Source of the DNA: Paludibacteraceae bacterium
Lineage (GTDB): Bacteria; Bacteroidota; Bacteroidia; Bacteroidales; Paludibacteraceae
NCBI GenBank assembly: GCA_017456885.1
Contig: JAFTIM010000004.1
Span: 188,851-252,850, forward strand
Direction of reading: 5' to 3'
Length of the DNA: 64,000 nucleotides
Shown here piece after piece: positions 1 to 10,324 of the stretch (position 1 is its first letter; every line of letters begins with the position of its first letter). A program made the translations under genes and the position numbers. The notes under the pieces are model-generated. The model made no database searches, had not been told where the DNA came from, and was given only the letters and a program-made list of their open reading frames with translations.

Positions 1-313
1 GGTGCATTTACCGAATGGCTGAATGTACTTGTATCTGAAAGTATCAACTTTTGTTTAGAAATGTTAATATAATATACAAAGGAACGATTTATGATTAAAC
101 TCCTACCCGTACGAATGAACATACTCCTATCACTACCAAGTTGATTCAGTATCATCTTCTCAATCTCACCAAGCTGATAAGAGAGCATACGAACCTCTCC
201 GTCGGCTTGCACAAGTGTAGAATAATTCCCATCTGATGCAATATATAAACAATGCGTTCAGGTGCAATACGAACGAAATCAATTGAAGTTGATATGATTA
301 AATGTCTCTTCAC
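1..313 (-). pseudogene. LytTR-type DNA-binding domain protein, partial at window edge and frame-disrupted
   Basis: Minus-strand translation gives KRHLIISTSIDFVRIAPERIVYI in one frame. After a 2-nt shift inside the ATATATA run at 241-247 it continues YIASDGNYSTLVQADGEVRMLSYQLGEIEKMILNQLGSDRSMFIRTGRSLIINRSF, which fits the LytTR pattern. No ATG; possible GTG at 313. Open to window edge. Confidence 0.45.
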
Positions 314-445
314 TATGCAATTTTGAAACAAAAATATATAGGTTTATGTACATATCAAAAATATATTTTACAAAATGTACGAAACGGCTTTCCTATTGTA
401 TGAATGCTTGGAGGTTCGAGTGCTAACGTATTTTCTTTCGTACAT

Positions 446-486
446 AAAAAAAAACAAGGAACTCTTAAGATTTCCTTGTTTTTTTG
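446..486 (-). terminator. Rho-independent terminator downstream of tRNA-Lys
   Basis: Stem CAAGGAA (455-461) pairs with TTCCTTG (472-478). It is followed on the minus strand by a T9 run (446-454). Confidence 0.5.
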
Positions 487-559
487 TGATTCGCTTGGGG
501 CTCGAACCCAAGACCCCATCCTTAAAAGGGATGTGCTCTACCAGCTGAGCTAGCGAATC
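487..559 (-). tRNA. tRNA-Lys (anticodon UUU)
   Basis: The reverse complement GATTCGCTAGCTCAGCTGGTAGAGCACATCCCTTTTAAGGATGGGGTCTTGGGTTCGAGCCCCAAGCGAATCA folds as a cloverleaf. Anticodon loop CTTTTAA, GTTCGAG T-loop, 73 nt, no encoded CCA. Confidence 0.9.
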
Positions 560-625
560 TTTTTTCAAATGCGGTGCAAAGATATAAATATTATTTGACA
601 ATAACAAATCCTTTTTGCATATAAA

Positions 626-1519
626 TTACGATTCCTTATGTTCTATTTGATAGCCAAAACTACGCAACTTACGTTCGCGATTACGCCAATCTTTTTCTAC
701 TTTCACAAAAAGTTGCAGAAAAACCTTTTTCGCAAAAAACGTTTCAATGTCTTTTCGGGCGTCTATGCCAACTCGTCGCAACGACTTTCCCTGCTTCCCT
801 ATCAAAATACCTTTTTGCGAGTCGCGTTCACAATAAATCAACGCACTGATGCGTATAATATTCTCATCTTCTTTAAACTCTTCCACAACAACTTCCACCG
901 AATAGGGTATCTCCTTTTCGTAATGGAGTAAGATTTTTTCTCTGATAATTTCAGTTACAAAAAAGCGTTCTGGTTTATCGGTCAGTGCATCTTTATCAAA
1001 AAACGGAGGTGAGTCGGGCAACAACTCCTTTATCCGATAAAATAACGGCTCAATATTAAATTTCTCTTTCGCTGAAATGGCAAAAATCTCTGCTTTGGGA
1101 AGTTGTTGATGCCAAAACTCCACTAATTGCTCCAATTGAGATTGGTCTATTAAATCTATCTTGTTGACAATCAATATAGTTTTCCCATCAAACAATTTGA
1201 CCTTTTGCAAAAAATCCTCGTTTTTGTCAAAAGAATCCATCGGGTCGGTTACATATAACAGAATATCGGCATCCGATAGTGCAGAAACCGAAAATCCCAA
1301 CATTGATTCTTGCAACTTATAATTAGGCTTTAAAACACCCGGAGTGTCGGAATAAACAATTTGATAATCATCACCATTGACAATGCCCATGATGCGATGA
1401 CGTGTAGTTTGAGCTTTCGATGTTATGATTGAAAGCCGCTCCCCTACCAACGCATTTGCCAACGTAGATTTTCCCACATTCGGATTTCCGACAATATTAA
1501 CGAAACCTGCTTTGTGCAT
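626..1519 (-). CDS. era: GTPase Era
   Basis: G1 motif GNPNVGKST, DTPG, NKID, and a C-terminal KH domain. 297 aa. Confidence 0.95.
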   Translation of the reverse strand: MHKAGFVNIVGNPNVGKSTLANALVGERLSIITSKAQTTRHRIMGIVNGDDYQIVYSDTPGVLKPNYKLQESMLGFSVSALSDADILLYVTDPMDSFDKNEDFLQKVKLFDGKTILIVNKIDLIDQSQLEQLVEFWHQQLPKAEIFAISAKEKFNIEPLFYRIKELLPDSPPFFDKDALTDKPERFFVTEIIREKILLHYEKEIPYSVEVVVEEFKEDENIIRISALIYCERDSQKGILIGKQGKSLRRVGIDARKDIETFFAKKVFLQLFVKVEKDWRNRERKLRSFGYQIEHKES

Positions 1520-1537
1520 AAATTTAAATATTTATTA

Positions 1538-1545
1538 CAAAGGTA
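1538..1545 (-). promoter_or_regulatory. Bacteroidetes -7 promoter box (TACCTTTG) for era
   Basis: Exact TAnnTTTG match on the minus strand, 19 nt upstream of the era ATG. Confidence 0.4.
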
Positions 1546-1583
1546 CTCTTTTTTCATAAAAATAGGCTACCTTTGAGCATCAG

Positions 1584-2666
1584 ATGGGAGCTAAAAAAAT
1601 CATCATATCGGTAACAAGCGATTTATCTACCGACCACCGAGTGCAAAAGACAACCCAAACGCTTTACGAAGCGGGGTTTAATGTCCTACTCGTCGGACGA
1701 AGAACCCGAAAAAGTTTACCTTTTCAGGCCAATTACCCGTTTCGACAATTTCGATTGTTATTTAACTCTTCCTTTTTATTCTACGCAGAATACAATATCA
1801 GACTCTTTTTTTTATTGCTATTTTCAAGAGCCGACATTTTTTTGTCGAACGATTTGGATACTCTATTGGCAAATTGTTTGGCAGGGAAACTCAAAAGGAA
1901 AAGAATTGTATATGATACACACGAGTTGTTTACCGAAGTACCCGAACTAAACGGAAGAAATTTTGTAAAACACATCTGGCAAATGATCGAACAAGTTTGT
2001 CTTCCAAGAGTTAATGCAAGTTATACGGTTTGCCAATCCATAGCCGACTATTACCAAACAAAATATCACATTAAAATGGAAGTGGTACGCAACGTGCCAT
2101 TATGTACATTGCAGGAAAACGTAGTTTCAAAACTTTCTTTCCCCAGTAAGAAAATCATTTTATACCAAGGAGCTTTGAACATCGGAAGAGGTATCGAATG
2201 GATTATACAGGCAATGCCTTTGATTAAAAATTCGATATTGATAATCATTGGCGAAGGAGACATTTCCAACGATTTAAAAATGCAAGTAGAGAGGCTGAAT
2301 CTTCAAAAGCGAGTGTATTTTCTTGGTCGCATATCGTGTAAAGAGTTACCAACCTACACGATTGCAGCCGACTTGGGAATTTGCCTTCTCAACAACAACA
2401 GTTTAAGCTATTATTACTCTCTTCCGAACAGAATCTTTGATTTTATGTATGCAAAAGTTCCTATTTTGGCAAGCGATTTTCCCGAAATCAGGAATATCAT
2501 AACAAATCATCATCTTGGCGAGGTCATCAACAACTACCAGCCACATTTCCTTGCAGAAACCATCACAAAAATGCTAAACGAGAAAATTGACGATAAGAAT
2601 TTTGAAGAAGCCATAAAACAATTCAATTGGGAAAACGAGAAAAAAGTTCTATTAAGCCTTTTCTAA
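1584..2666 (+). CDS. Glycosyltransferase, GT4/GT1 family
   Basis: 360 aa with a typical GT-B layout, including a C-terminal E-x7-E-like region (FPEIRNIITNHHLGE). A TACCTTTG box lies at 1568-1575. Confidence 0.75.
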   Translation: MGAKKIIISVTSDLSTDHRVQKTTQTLYEAGFNVLLVGRRTRKSLPFQANYPFRQFRLLFNSSFLFYAEYNIRLFFLLLFSRADIFLSNDLDTLLANCLAGKLKRKRIVYDTHELFTEVPELNGRNFVKHIWQMIEQVCLPRVNASYTVCQSIADYYQTKYHIKMEVVRNVPLCTLQENVVSKLSFPSKKIILYQGALNIGRGIEWIIQAMPLIKNSILIIIGEGDISNDLKMQVERLNLQKRVYFLGRISCKELPTYTIAADLGICLLNNNSLSYYYSLPNRIFDFMYAKVPILASDFPEIRNIITNHHLGEVINNYQPHFLAETITKMLNEKIDDKNFEEAIKQFNWENEKKVLLSLF

Positions 2667-2673
2667 AAATAAT

Positions 2674-3567
2674 ATGCTTTCGATTCTAATACCTGCCTAC
2701 AATTACGATTGCACACTTTTAGTGAAAGATTTACATAAACAAGTTATTGAGTGTAAAATTCCTTTTGAGATAATTGTTGCAGAAGACGGTTCTACAAAAT
2801 TTACATCTGAAAACCAACAGATTACAACTCTTATCTATTGCAAACATATCGTTTTGCAACAAAACATAGGACGTGCCGCCATTCGTAATTTTCTTGCAAA
2901 AGAAGCAAAATTTGAGAATCTGTTATTTATAGATTGCGACAGCAAAATTGTGAGCGACACTTATATAAAAACGTATGTAACCCACTTTGGAAAAATTGTT
3001 TTGGGCGGACGTATTTATAATAAACCTTCAAGTAAGAATCATACCTTATTGCCAAAATATGGGGCACGCGAAAAAATAGGAAAAGAACAAGAGGGAAAAA
3101 TTTTCACTTCTCCGAATTTCTTAATCCCAAAACAGATTTTCGATATTGTCCGTTTTGATGAAAATATAACACAATATGGTCATGAAGATACGTTGTTCGG
3201 TTGTGCTCTACATCACAACGGATTTAAATTTCTTTTAATTGACAATCCGATTCTTCACGACTCGATCGAAGATAATATCACATTTCTGCACAAAACTGAA
3301 TTATCTATCAATAATTTGTTATTGTTGATAAAACGGACTGATGATAAGGAACTACAAAAAATATCGAAATTGTACAGATGTTATCAAAAACTCCATACAA
3401 TAAAACTCACATCAGCCATTTCGACCTTATTTATCTCAACAAGAGAGTTTTTGCAAAAACAACTTTGCAGCTCAACCCCCTCGCTATTTCTTTTTAATCT
3501 TTACAAAATAGGCTACCTCTGCCATATTGCATCAAAAAGTCAGGACTTTTTGACAGAAAACGTATAA
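2674..3567 (+). CDS. Glycosyltransferase family 2
   Basis: N-terminal MLSILIPAYNYD...EIIVAEDGS and DCD motifs typical of GT-A/GT2. 297 aa. Confidence 0.8.
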   Translation: MLSILIPAYNYDCTLLVKDLHKQVIECKIPFEIIVAEDGSTKFTSENQQITTLIYCKHIVLQQNIGRAAIRNFLAKEAKFENLLFIDCDSKIVSDTYIKTYVTHFGKIVLGGRIYNKPSSKNHTLLPKYGAREKIGKEQEGKIFTSPNFLIPKQIFDIVRFDENITQYGHEDTLFGCALHHNGFKFLLIDNPILHDSIEDNITFLHKTELSINNLLLLIKRTDDKELQKISKLYRCYQKLHTIKLTSAISTLFISTREFLQKQLCSSTPSLFLFNLYKIGYLCHIASKSQDFLTENV

Positions 3568-3663
3568 AAAAGCTACGCTTTGGCAGAAAAACTTTTTTGG
3601 TATAAAATATGTTAGACTATTGGAAAAATTTAAACTATTAACTAATTATAAAAAATAAAAATC

Positions 3664-3933
3664 ATGAACATTAAACCATTAGCAGACCGTGTTTTAATTC
3701 AGCCGGCTGCAGCTGAGGAAAAAACTGTTGGAGGAATTATTATTCCTGATTCAGCAAAAGAAAAACCACTAAAAGGTATTGTTGTTGCGGTAGGAACAGG
3801 CTCAAAAGATGAGGAAATGATTCTAAAAGCCGGAGATACCGTTCTTTATGGCAAATATGCTGGTACGGAACTCGAACTTGACGGTGAAAAATATCTTATC
3901 ATGCGTCAATCCGATGTACTTGCAATCATTTAA
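3664..3933 (+). CDS. groES: Co-chaperonin GroES
   Basis: [14 protein letters not shown]...GGIIIPD signature, 89 aa, immediately upstream of groEL. Confidence 0.97.
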   Translation: MNIKPLADRVLIQPAAAEEKTVGGIIIPDSAKEKPLKGIVVAVGTGSKDEEMILKAGDTVLYGKYAGTELELDGEKYLIMRQSDVLAII

Positions 3934-3941
3934 TAAAATAA

Positions 3942-5594
<1,653 letters not shown>

Positions 5595-5611
5595 TCATCT
5601 CCATAACGGAT

Positions 5612-5650
5612 AAAAAAAAGAGGTCGATGAATTTCGACCTCTTTATTTTT
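5612..5650. terminator. Bidirectional terminator between groEL and the convergent MFS gene
   Basis: 11-bp stem (5617-5627 with 5634-5644), loop TGAATT, A-run on the left and T-run on the right. Confidence 0.7.
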
Positions 5651-6890
5651 TACCGAAATCGTTGTCTATTTTCAGAAATTTAAGCAACAAAAATCCGGGT
5701 ATCGTGCAAAGACAGACCCATATAAAAAACGGTGCATATCCCCAAGCCTCCTGAAGTTGTCCTGCAAACATACCGGGCAACATCATTCCAAGAGCCATAA
5801 TGCCCGTTCCAATAGCATAATGTGCTGTTTGGAATTCGCCTTTCGACATAAAAATCAAATACAGCGTAAAGGCAGTAAAACCGAAACCATAACCAAATTG
5901 TTCGAAAGCCACTCCCGATGCAATCAGCCACAACGACTGCGGTTGTGCGTATGCAAAATAAACATACACCAAGTTAGGGAGATTCATCATCAATGCCATT
6001 GGCAATAACCACGTTTTAAGTCCGTTTCGTGCAACTACAACTCCTCCCAAAATGCCACCTGCAAGCAATGCTACCACACCTATCGTACCCTTTATAAATC
6101 CCACACTTTCGGTCGAAAGACCTAATCCCCCGACTTCTGTTGGATCCAGTAAAAAAGGAGCGGCAATCTTCGCCAATTGTGCTTCTCCAAAACGATAAAG
6201 AAGTAAAAACAAAAAAGAGACAATGATATTTTTCTTTTTAAAGAAGCTAACAAACAATTTACCAATGTTTTGAAGCGAATGTTGCTCATCAATTTTGGGT
6301 TTCGGAAGTAAGAAATAATGATGCACAAATAGTGCAAGAAACACACCTGCCGAGAGCATAAATGTCAAACTCCAAGCATAAACGGCACTATTTATTTTTG
6401 TAGATAAATATCCCGCCAACATCACCAACAAGCCCTCACCTGTAACCGTAGCAATGCGGTAAAAGGTATTACGAATGCCCACAAACAGCGACTGCTCGTT
6501 CTCTTTCAGTGCCAGCATATAAAAACCGTCGGCAGCAATATCGTGTGTGGCCGAACTGAAAGCCAACAGCCAAAAAAAAGCCAACGTAGTCTGAAAAAAA
6601 TAATTGGTAGGAATAGTAAATGCTATTCCTGCCAATCCAACACCAATAAGCAATTGCATCGTGCATACCCACCAACGCTTTGTCTTTAGCAAATCTACAA
6701 AAGGGCTCCAAAACGGCTTAATAACCCATGGCAAATAAAGCCAACTTGTATAAAATGCAATATCGCTATTGGCAATACCCAAGTTTTTGTACATAATAAC
6801 CGAAACAGTCATTACCAAAACATAGGGCAAGCCTTCTGCAAAATAAAGTGTTGGCACCCATGCCCACGATGAATTACTTTTTTTATTCAC
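5643..6890 (-). CDS. MFS transporter, AmpG-like family
   Basis: 415 aa and multi-TM. N-terminus SWAWVPTLYFAEGLPYV...LPWVIKPFWSPFVD is typical of AmpG-type MFS permeases. It starts 11 nt after the trpB2 stop. Confidence 0.75.
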   Translation of the reverse strand: MNKKSNSSWAWVPTLYFAEGLPYVLVMTVSVIMYKNLGIANSDIAFYTSWLYLPWVIKPFWSPFVDLLKTKRWWVCTMQLLIGVGLAGIAFTIPTNYFFQTTLAFFWLLAFSSATHDIAADGFYMLALKENEQSLFVGIRNTFYRIATVTGEGLLVMLAGYLSTKINSAVYAWSLTFMLSAGVFLALFVHHYFLLPKPKIDEQHSLQNIGKLFVSFFKKKNIIVSFLFLLLYRFGEAQLAKIAAPFLLDPTEVGGLGLSTESVGFIKGTIGVVALLAGGILGGVVVARNGLKTWLLPMALMMNLPNLVYVYFAYAQPQSLWLIASGVAFEQFGYGFGFTAFTLYLIFMSKGEFQTAHYAIGTGIMALGMMLPGMFAGQLQEAWGYAPFFIWVCLCTIPGFLLLKFLKIDNDFGKK

Positions 6891-6901
6891 AATTCGATTC
6901 T

Positions 6902-8284
6902 TTAGAAATTAACTTTAGGCAACTCCGCCAAAGATTTTTTTATATCCTCGTCGGTTGGAATATAATCGTTCATGACGCCATCATTAAATTTCTGATATGC
7001 TACCAAATCGAAATATCCGGTTCCGGTAAGACCAAACACGATGTTCTTTTCTTCGCCTGTTTCTTTACATTTCAAGGCTTCGTCGAGTGCGACCTTAATT
7101 GCATGCGAGCTTTCGGGAGCAGGCAAAATGCCTTCGACACGTGCAAAAGTTTCAGCCGCTTTAAACACTTCGGTTTGCTCTACGCTTCGTGCTTGTATCA
7201 ATCCTTGATCATAAAGTTCGGAAACAATCGAGCTCATACCATGATAACGAAGACCTCCCGCATGATTGGCCGATGGGATAAAACTGCTACCCAAAGTGTA
7301 CATTTTGGCAAGTGGGCAAACTTTTCCCGTATCACAAAAATCGTATGCATAACTACCTCTTGTAAGACTTGGACAAGAAGCAGGTTCTACCGCAATAATC
7401 TGATAGTTGGCCTCCCCTCTCAACATCTCTCCTACAAACGGAGATATAAGACCTCCGAGATTAGATCCGCCACCTGCACAACCGATAAGCACATCGGCTT
7501 TGATTCCGTATTTGTCAAGTGCAGTTTTTGTCTCTAATCCGATTATGGACTGATGAAGCAACACTTGAGCCAATACGGAACCCAACACATAGCGATAACC
7601 CTCTTGTGTAGTCGCAGCTTCTACCGCTTCCGATATTGCACATCCAAGGCTTCCGGTAGTACCGGGGAATTCCTCGTTGATTTTTCTTCCGATATTCGTA
7701 TTCATCGATGGCGATGGGGTTACCTTTGCTCCGTATGTACGCATTACCTCTCGGCGAAATGGTTTTTGCTCATAAGAACATTTCACCATATACACCTGAC
7801 AATCCATATCGAAGTACGAACATGCCATCGAGAGTGCGGTACCCCATTGTCCGGCTCCCGTTTCGGTAGTAACACCTTTTAATCCTTGCTTTTTAGCGTA
7901 ATACGCCTGTGCAATTGCCGAATTCAACTTATGACTTCCCGAAGTGTTATTACCTTCAAATTTGTAATAAATATGGGCCGGAGTTCCCAACTTTTTTTCC
8001 AAGCAATAGGCTCTCACAAGAGGAGATGGGCGATACATTTTATAGAAAGTACGAATCTCTTCAGGAATATCGAAGAATGGCGTCGTATCGTCTAACTCTT
8101 GCTTTACCAACTCTTCACAAAAAACATGTGATAACTCTTCAGCCGTAATCGGCTTCAACGTGCCGGGGTTTAAGATTGGTGCCGGTTTTTTCTTCATATC
8201 GGCACGTACATTATACCATTGTTTCGGCATTTCGTTCTCCTCCAAATAAATTTTGTAAGGAATTTCTTTCATTTCTTCTTTCAT
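6902..8284 (-). CDS. trpB: TrpB-like PLP-dependent enzyme (tryptophan synthase beta, long TrpB2 type)
   Basis: 460 aa. It has a PLP-lysine context (NTSGSHKLNSA), a GAGQWG phosphate loop and a GGGSN motif. There are no adjacent trp genes. Confidence 0.9.
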   Translation of the reverse strand: MKEEMKEIPYKIYLEENEMPKQWYNVRADMKKKPAPILNPGTLKPITAEELSHVFCEELVKQELDDTTPFFDIPEEIRTFYKMYRPSPLVRAYCLEKKLGTPAHIYYKFEGNNTSGSHKLNSAIAQAYYAKKQGLKGVTTETGAGQWGTALSMACSYFDMDCQVYMVKCSYEQKPFRREVMRTYGAKVTPSPSMNTNIGRKINEEFPGTTGSLGCAISEAVEAATTQEGYRYVLGSVLAQVLLHQSIIGLETKTALDKYGIKADVLIGCAGGGSNLGGLISPFVGEMLRGEANYQIIAVEPASCPSLTRGSYAYDFCDTGKVCPLAKMYTLGSSFIPSANHAGGLRYHGMSSIVSELYDQGLIQARSVEQTEVFKAAETFARVEGILPAPESSHAIKVALDEALKCKETGEEKNIVFGLTGTGYFDLVAYQKFNDGVMNDYIPTDEDIKKSLAELPKVNF

Positions 8285-8309
8285 CTCTTTTTTTATTAAA
8301 ATTATTAAA

Positions 8310-8347
8310 CAAAAAAAAAGCTATAAAGTGGTATACCTTATAGCTCT
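8310..8347 (-). terminator. Terminator hairpin in the trpB2 leader (candidate attenuator terminator)
   Basis: Minus strand AGCTATAAG-GTATACCAC-TTTATAGCT followed by T9. The T-run ends 25 nt upstream of the trpB2 ATG (8284), leaving no room for a promoter in between. Confidence 0.55.
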
Positions 8348-8382
8348 ATAAATTTTTATATAAAATGGTAATCCACCTTATG

Positions 8383-8430
8383 TTAATAAGATAAATACCA
8401 CCACCAATTATTTCTAATGTTATTCAACAT
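8383..8430 (-). CDS. Candidate Trp-rich leader peptide MLNNIRNNWWWYLSY
   Basis: ATG-initiated 15-codon ORF with three consecutive TGG codons (8398-8406), stop TAA. It lies between a TACCTTTG promoter box and the terminator hairpin upstream of trpB2. Confidence 0.55.
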   Translation of the reverse strand: MLNNIRNNWWWYLSY

Positions 8431-8454
8431 AGTCTTGTTCTTTGTTTCGATGTG

Positions 8455-8462
8455 CAAAGGTA
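8455..8462 (-). promoter_or_regulatory. Bacteroidetes -7 promoter box (TACCTTTG) for the trpB2 leader
   Basis: Exact TAnnTTTG on the minus strand, 25 nt upstream of the leader ATG. TTTG repeats lie further upstream. Confidence 0.45.
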
Positions 8463-8504
8463 AAAAACTTTTATTCAAACAAACAAACTTTTTTTGTTAT
8501 TTTT

Positions 8505-9452
8505 TTATTCCAACAATCGTTTTAACACTGTTTGTGCCGAAATCTCACGATTGGCAGCTTCAGGAATCACCAACGATTGAGGCGATTCAATCACTTCATC
8601 GGTTACGATCATATTTCTGCGAACCGGCAAGCAATGCATAAAATAAGCGTGGTTGGTCAGCAACATTTTTGCAGCATCTACGGTCCAAGATCTATCGGTA
8701 CTCAAAACTTTTCCATAATTAGGGTCGTTGTATGCCGCCCAATTTTTTGCATAAATAAAATCGGCACCCTCAAATGCTTTTTGTTGGTTATATTCAACTT
8801 TTGCTCCACGCACAAATTTTTCATCAAGTTCGTAACCTTCAGGGTGCGTAATCACAAAATCGACATCGGCCTCGTTCATAAAATCGCAAAAAGAGTTCGG
8901 AACTGCCTGTGGCAATGCCTTGGGATGAGGAGCCCAAGTCAACACAACTTTCGGGCGTTCTGTTTTTTTGTATTCTTCTATAGTTATCAAATCGGCAAAA
9001 GCCTGCAAAGGATGACCTGTTGCCGCTTCCATGCTGAAAACGGGCTTTCCTGAATATTTTATAAATTGATTCAATATTGTTTCCTCGTAATCAAATTGTT
9101 TACTCTCGAATCGTGCAAACGAGCGAACTCCAATCACATCGCAATAGCACCCCATCACGGGAATTGCCTCCAAGAGATGTTCCGGTTTATCTCCGTCCAT
9201 AATTACGCCTCGCTCCGTTTCCAACTTCCATGCTCCCTGATTCACATCAAGCACGATTGTATTCATTCCCAAGTTCATGCCTGCTTTTTGAGTACTCAAG
9301 CGTGTACGTAAACTCGAATTAAAAAACACCATTAAAAGCGTTTTATTTTCGCCAATGTGTTTAAACGCATATCTGTTTTTCTTTATTTCGAGAGCCTCTT
9401 TTACAGCATCTTTCAGATTTCCAAGATCTGTTACATTTGTATATTTTTTCAT
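8505..9452 (-). CDS. argF: N-succinyl/N-acetyl-ornithine carbamoyltransferase (Bacteroidetes argF' type)
   Basis: SLRTR carbamoyl-phosphate motif, HPLQ, HCLP. Start chosen at MKKYTNV (9452), which overlaps the lgt stop as ATGA. The longer ORF to 9506 overlaps lgt. Confidence 0.88.
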   Translation of the reverse strand: MKKYTNVTDLGNLKDAVKEALEIKKNRYAFKHIGENKTLLMVFFNSSLRTRLSTQKAGMNLGMNTIVLDVNQGAWKLETERGVIMDGDKPEHLLEAIPVMGCYCDVIGVRSFARFESKQFDYEETILNQFIKYSGKPVFSMEAATGHPLQAFADLITIEEYKKTERPKVVLTWAPHPKALPQAVPNSFCDFMNEADVDFVITHPEGYELDEKFVRGAKVEYNQQKAFEGADFIYAKNWAAYNDPNYGKVLSTDRSWTVDAAKMLLTNHAYFMHCLPVRRNMIVTDEVIESPQSLVIPEAANREISAQTVLKRLLE

Positions 9453-10318
9453 TTTAAAAGCGTATGTTTTTTTACAAAAGCATTGATTATCAAATAAATT
9501 CCCCATATTATAAAGGGTAAACTAAGCCATTGCCCCATATTAAGCAGTAAAGAAGATTCAAAGGCTTCTTGGTCGTTTTTAATAAATTCAAGGACAAAAC
9601 GAGTACCGAATATTCCTATCCAAAAAATGCCCAACAGCAACCCTTCTCGTTTCCCTGCATTATACTTCCAATACAAAAGAGCGCAAACCGCAAATGTTAC
9701 CAAACAATATATCATCTCATAAATCTGCGTCGGATGACAAGCCTGCCCCTTATACAACATTTGCCACTCGTAGGAGCGAACAAACATAAAGCCCCAAGGC
9801 AATGTGGTAGGAAAGCCGAATATTTCGGAGTTCATCAGATTACCGAAACGAATACATGCGCCACAAAGGGCAACTCCTATAATCAGACGATCCAACAACC
9901 AAACAAAACCTCGTTTCAGCCATTTTCGATTGTACAACCAAACCGCTATCAATATACCGATAGCACCTCCATGACTTGCCAATCCGCCTTCCCATATCGC
10001 TATCAAACGCCAAGGTTTAAGCAGGTATTCATTGCCATACTTAAAAGTGATACCCAAAAAATTGACAGGCTCTTCAAGCAAATGCCACTCGTAGAAAAAA
10101 CAATGTCCCAAACGAGAACCGATTATGGCTCCCAAAAGTACATAGATGAACAATTTATCAAGCAAAGGTTCCGCTATTTGCTCTCTTTTGTAAACCTTGC
10201 CCATGATAAAAAGCACAAGCAAAATGCCCAATGCCCACATTACTCCGTACCAACGTACCGAAAGCGGACCAAGCGAAAAACAAACGGGATCGACATCCCA
10301 AACGACATACTGCAACAT
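9449..10318 (-). CDS. lgt: Prolipoprotein diacylglyceryl transferase
   Basis: 289 aa membrane protein with RWYGVMWALG, GGLASHGGAIG and HPTQIYE motifs typical of Lgt. Confidence 0.9.
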   Translation of the reverse strand: MLQYVVWDVDPVCFSLGPLSVRWYGVMWALGILLVLFIMGKVYKREQIAEPLLDKLFIYVLLGAIIGSRLGHCFFYEWHLLEEPVNFLGITFKYGNEYLLKPWRLIAIWEGGLASHGGAIGILIAVWLYNRKWLKRGFVWLLDRLIIGVALCGACIRFGNLMNSEIFGFPTTLPWGFMFVRSYEWQMLYKGQACHPTQIYEMIYCLVTFAVCALLYWKYNAGKREGLLLGIFWIGIFGTRFVLEFIKNDQEAFESSLLLNMGQWLSLPFIIWGIYLIINAFVKKHTLLK

Positions 10319-10324
10319 ACAATT

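Noticed and set aside
368-607. 79-aa minus-strand ORF
   Set aside because: It overlaps the whole tRNA-Lys gene and its terminator, so it is spurious.
3568-3663. TGGCA element upstream of groES as a sigma-54 (-24/-12) promoter
   Set aside because: There is no TTGC at the required spacing after TGGCAG, and only one half-site is present.
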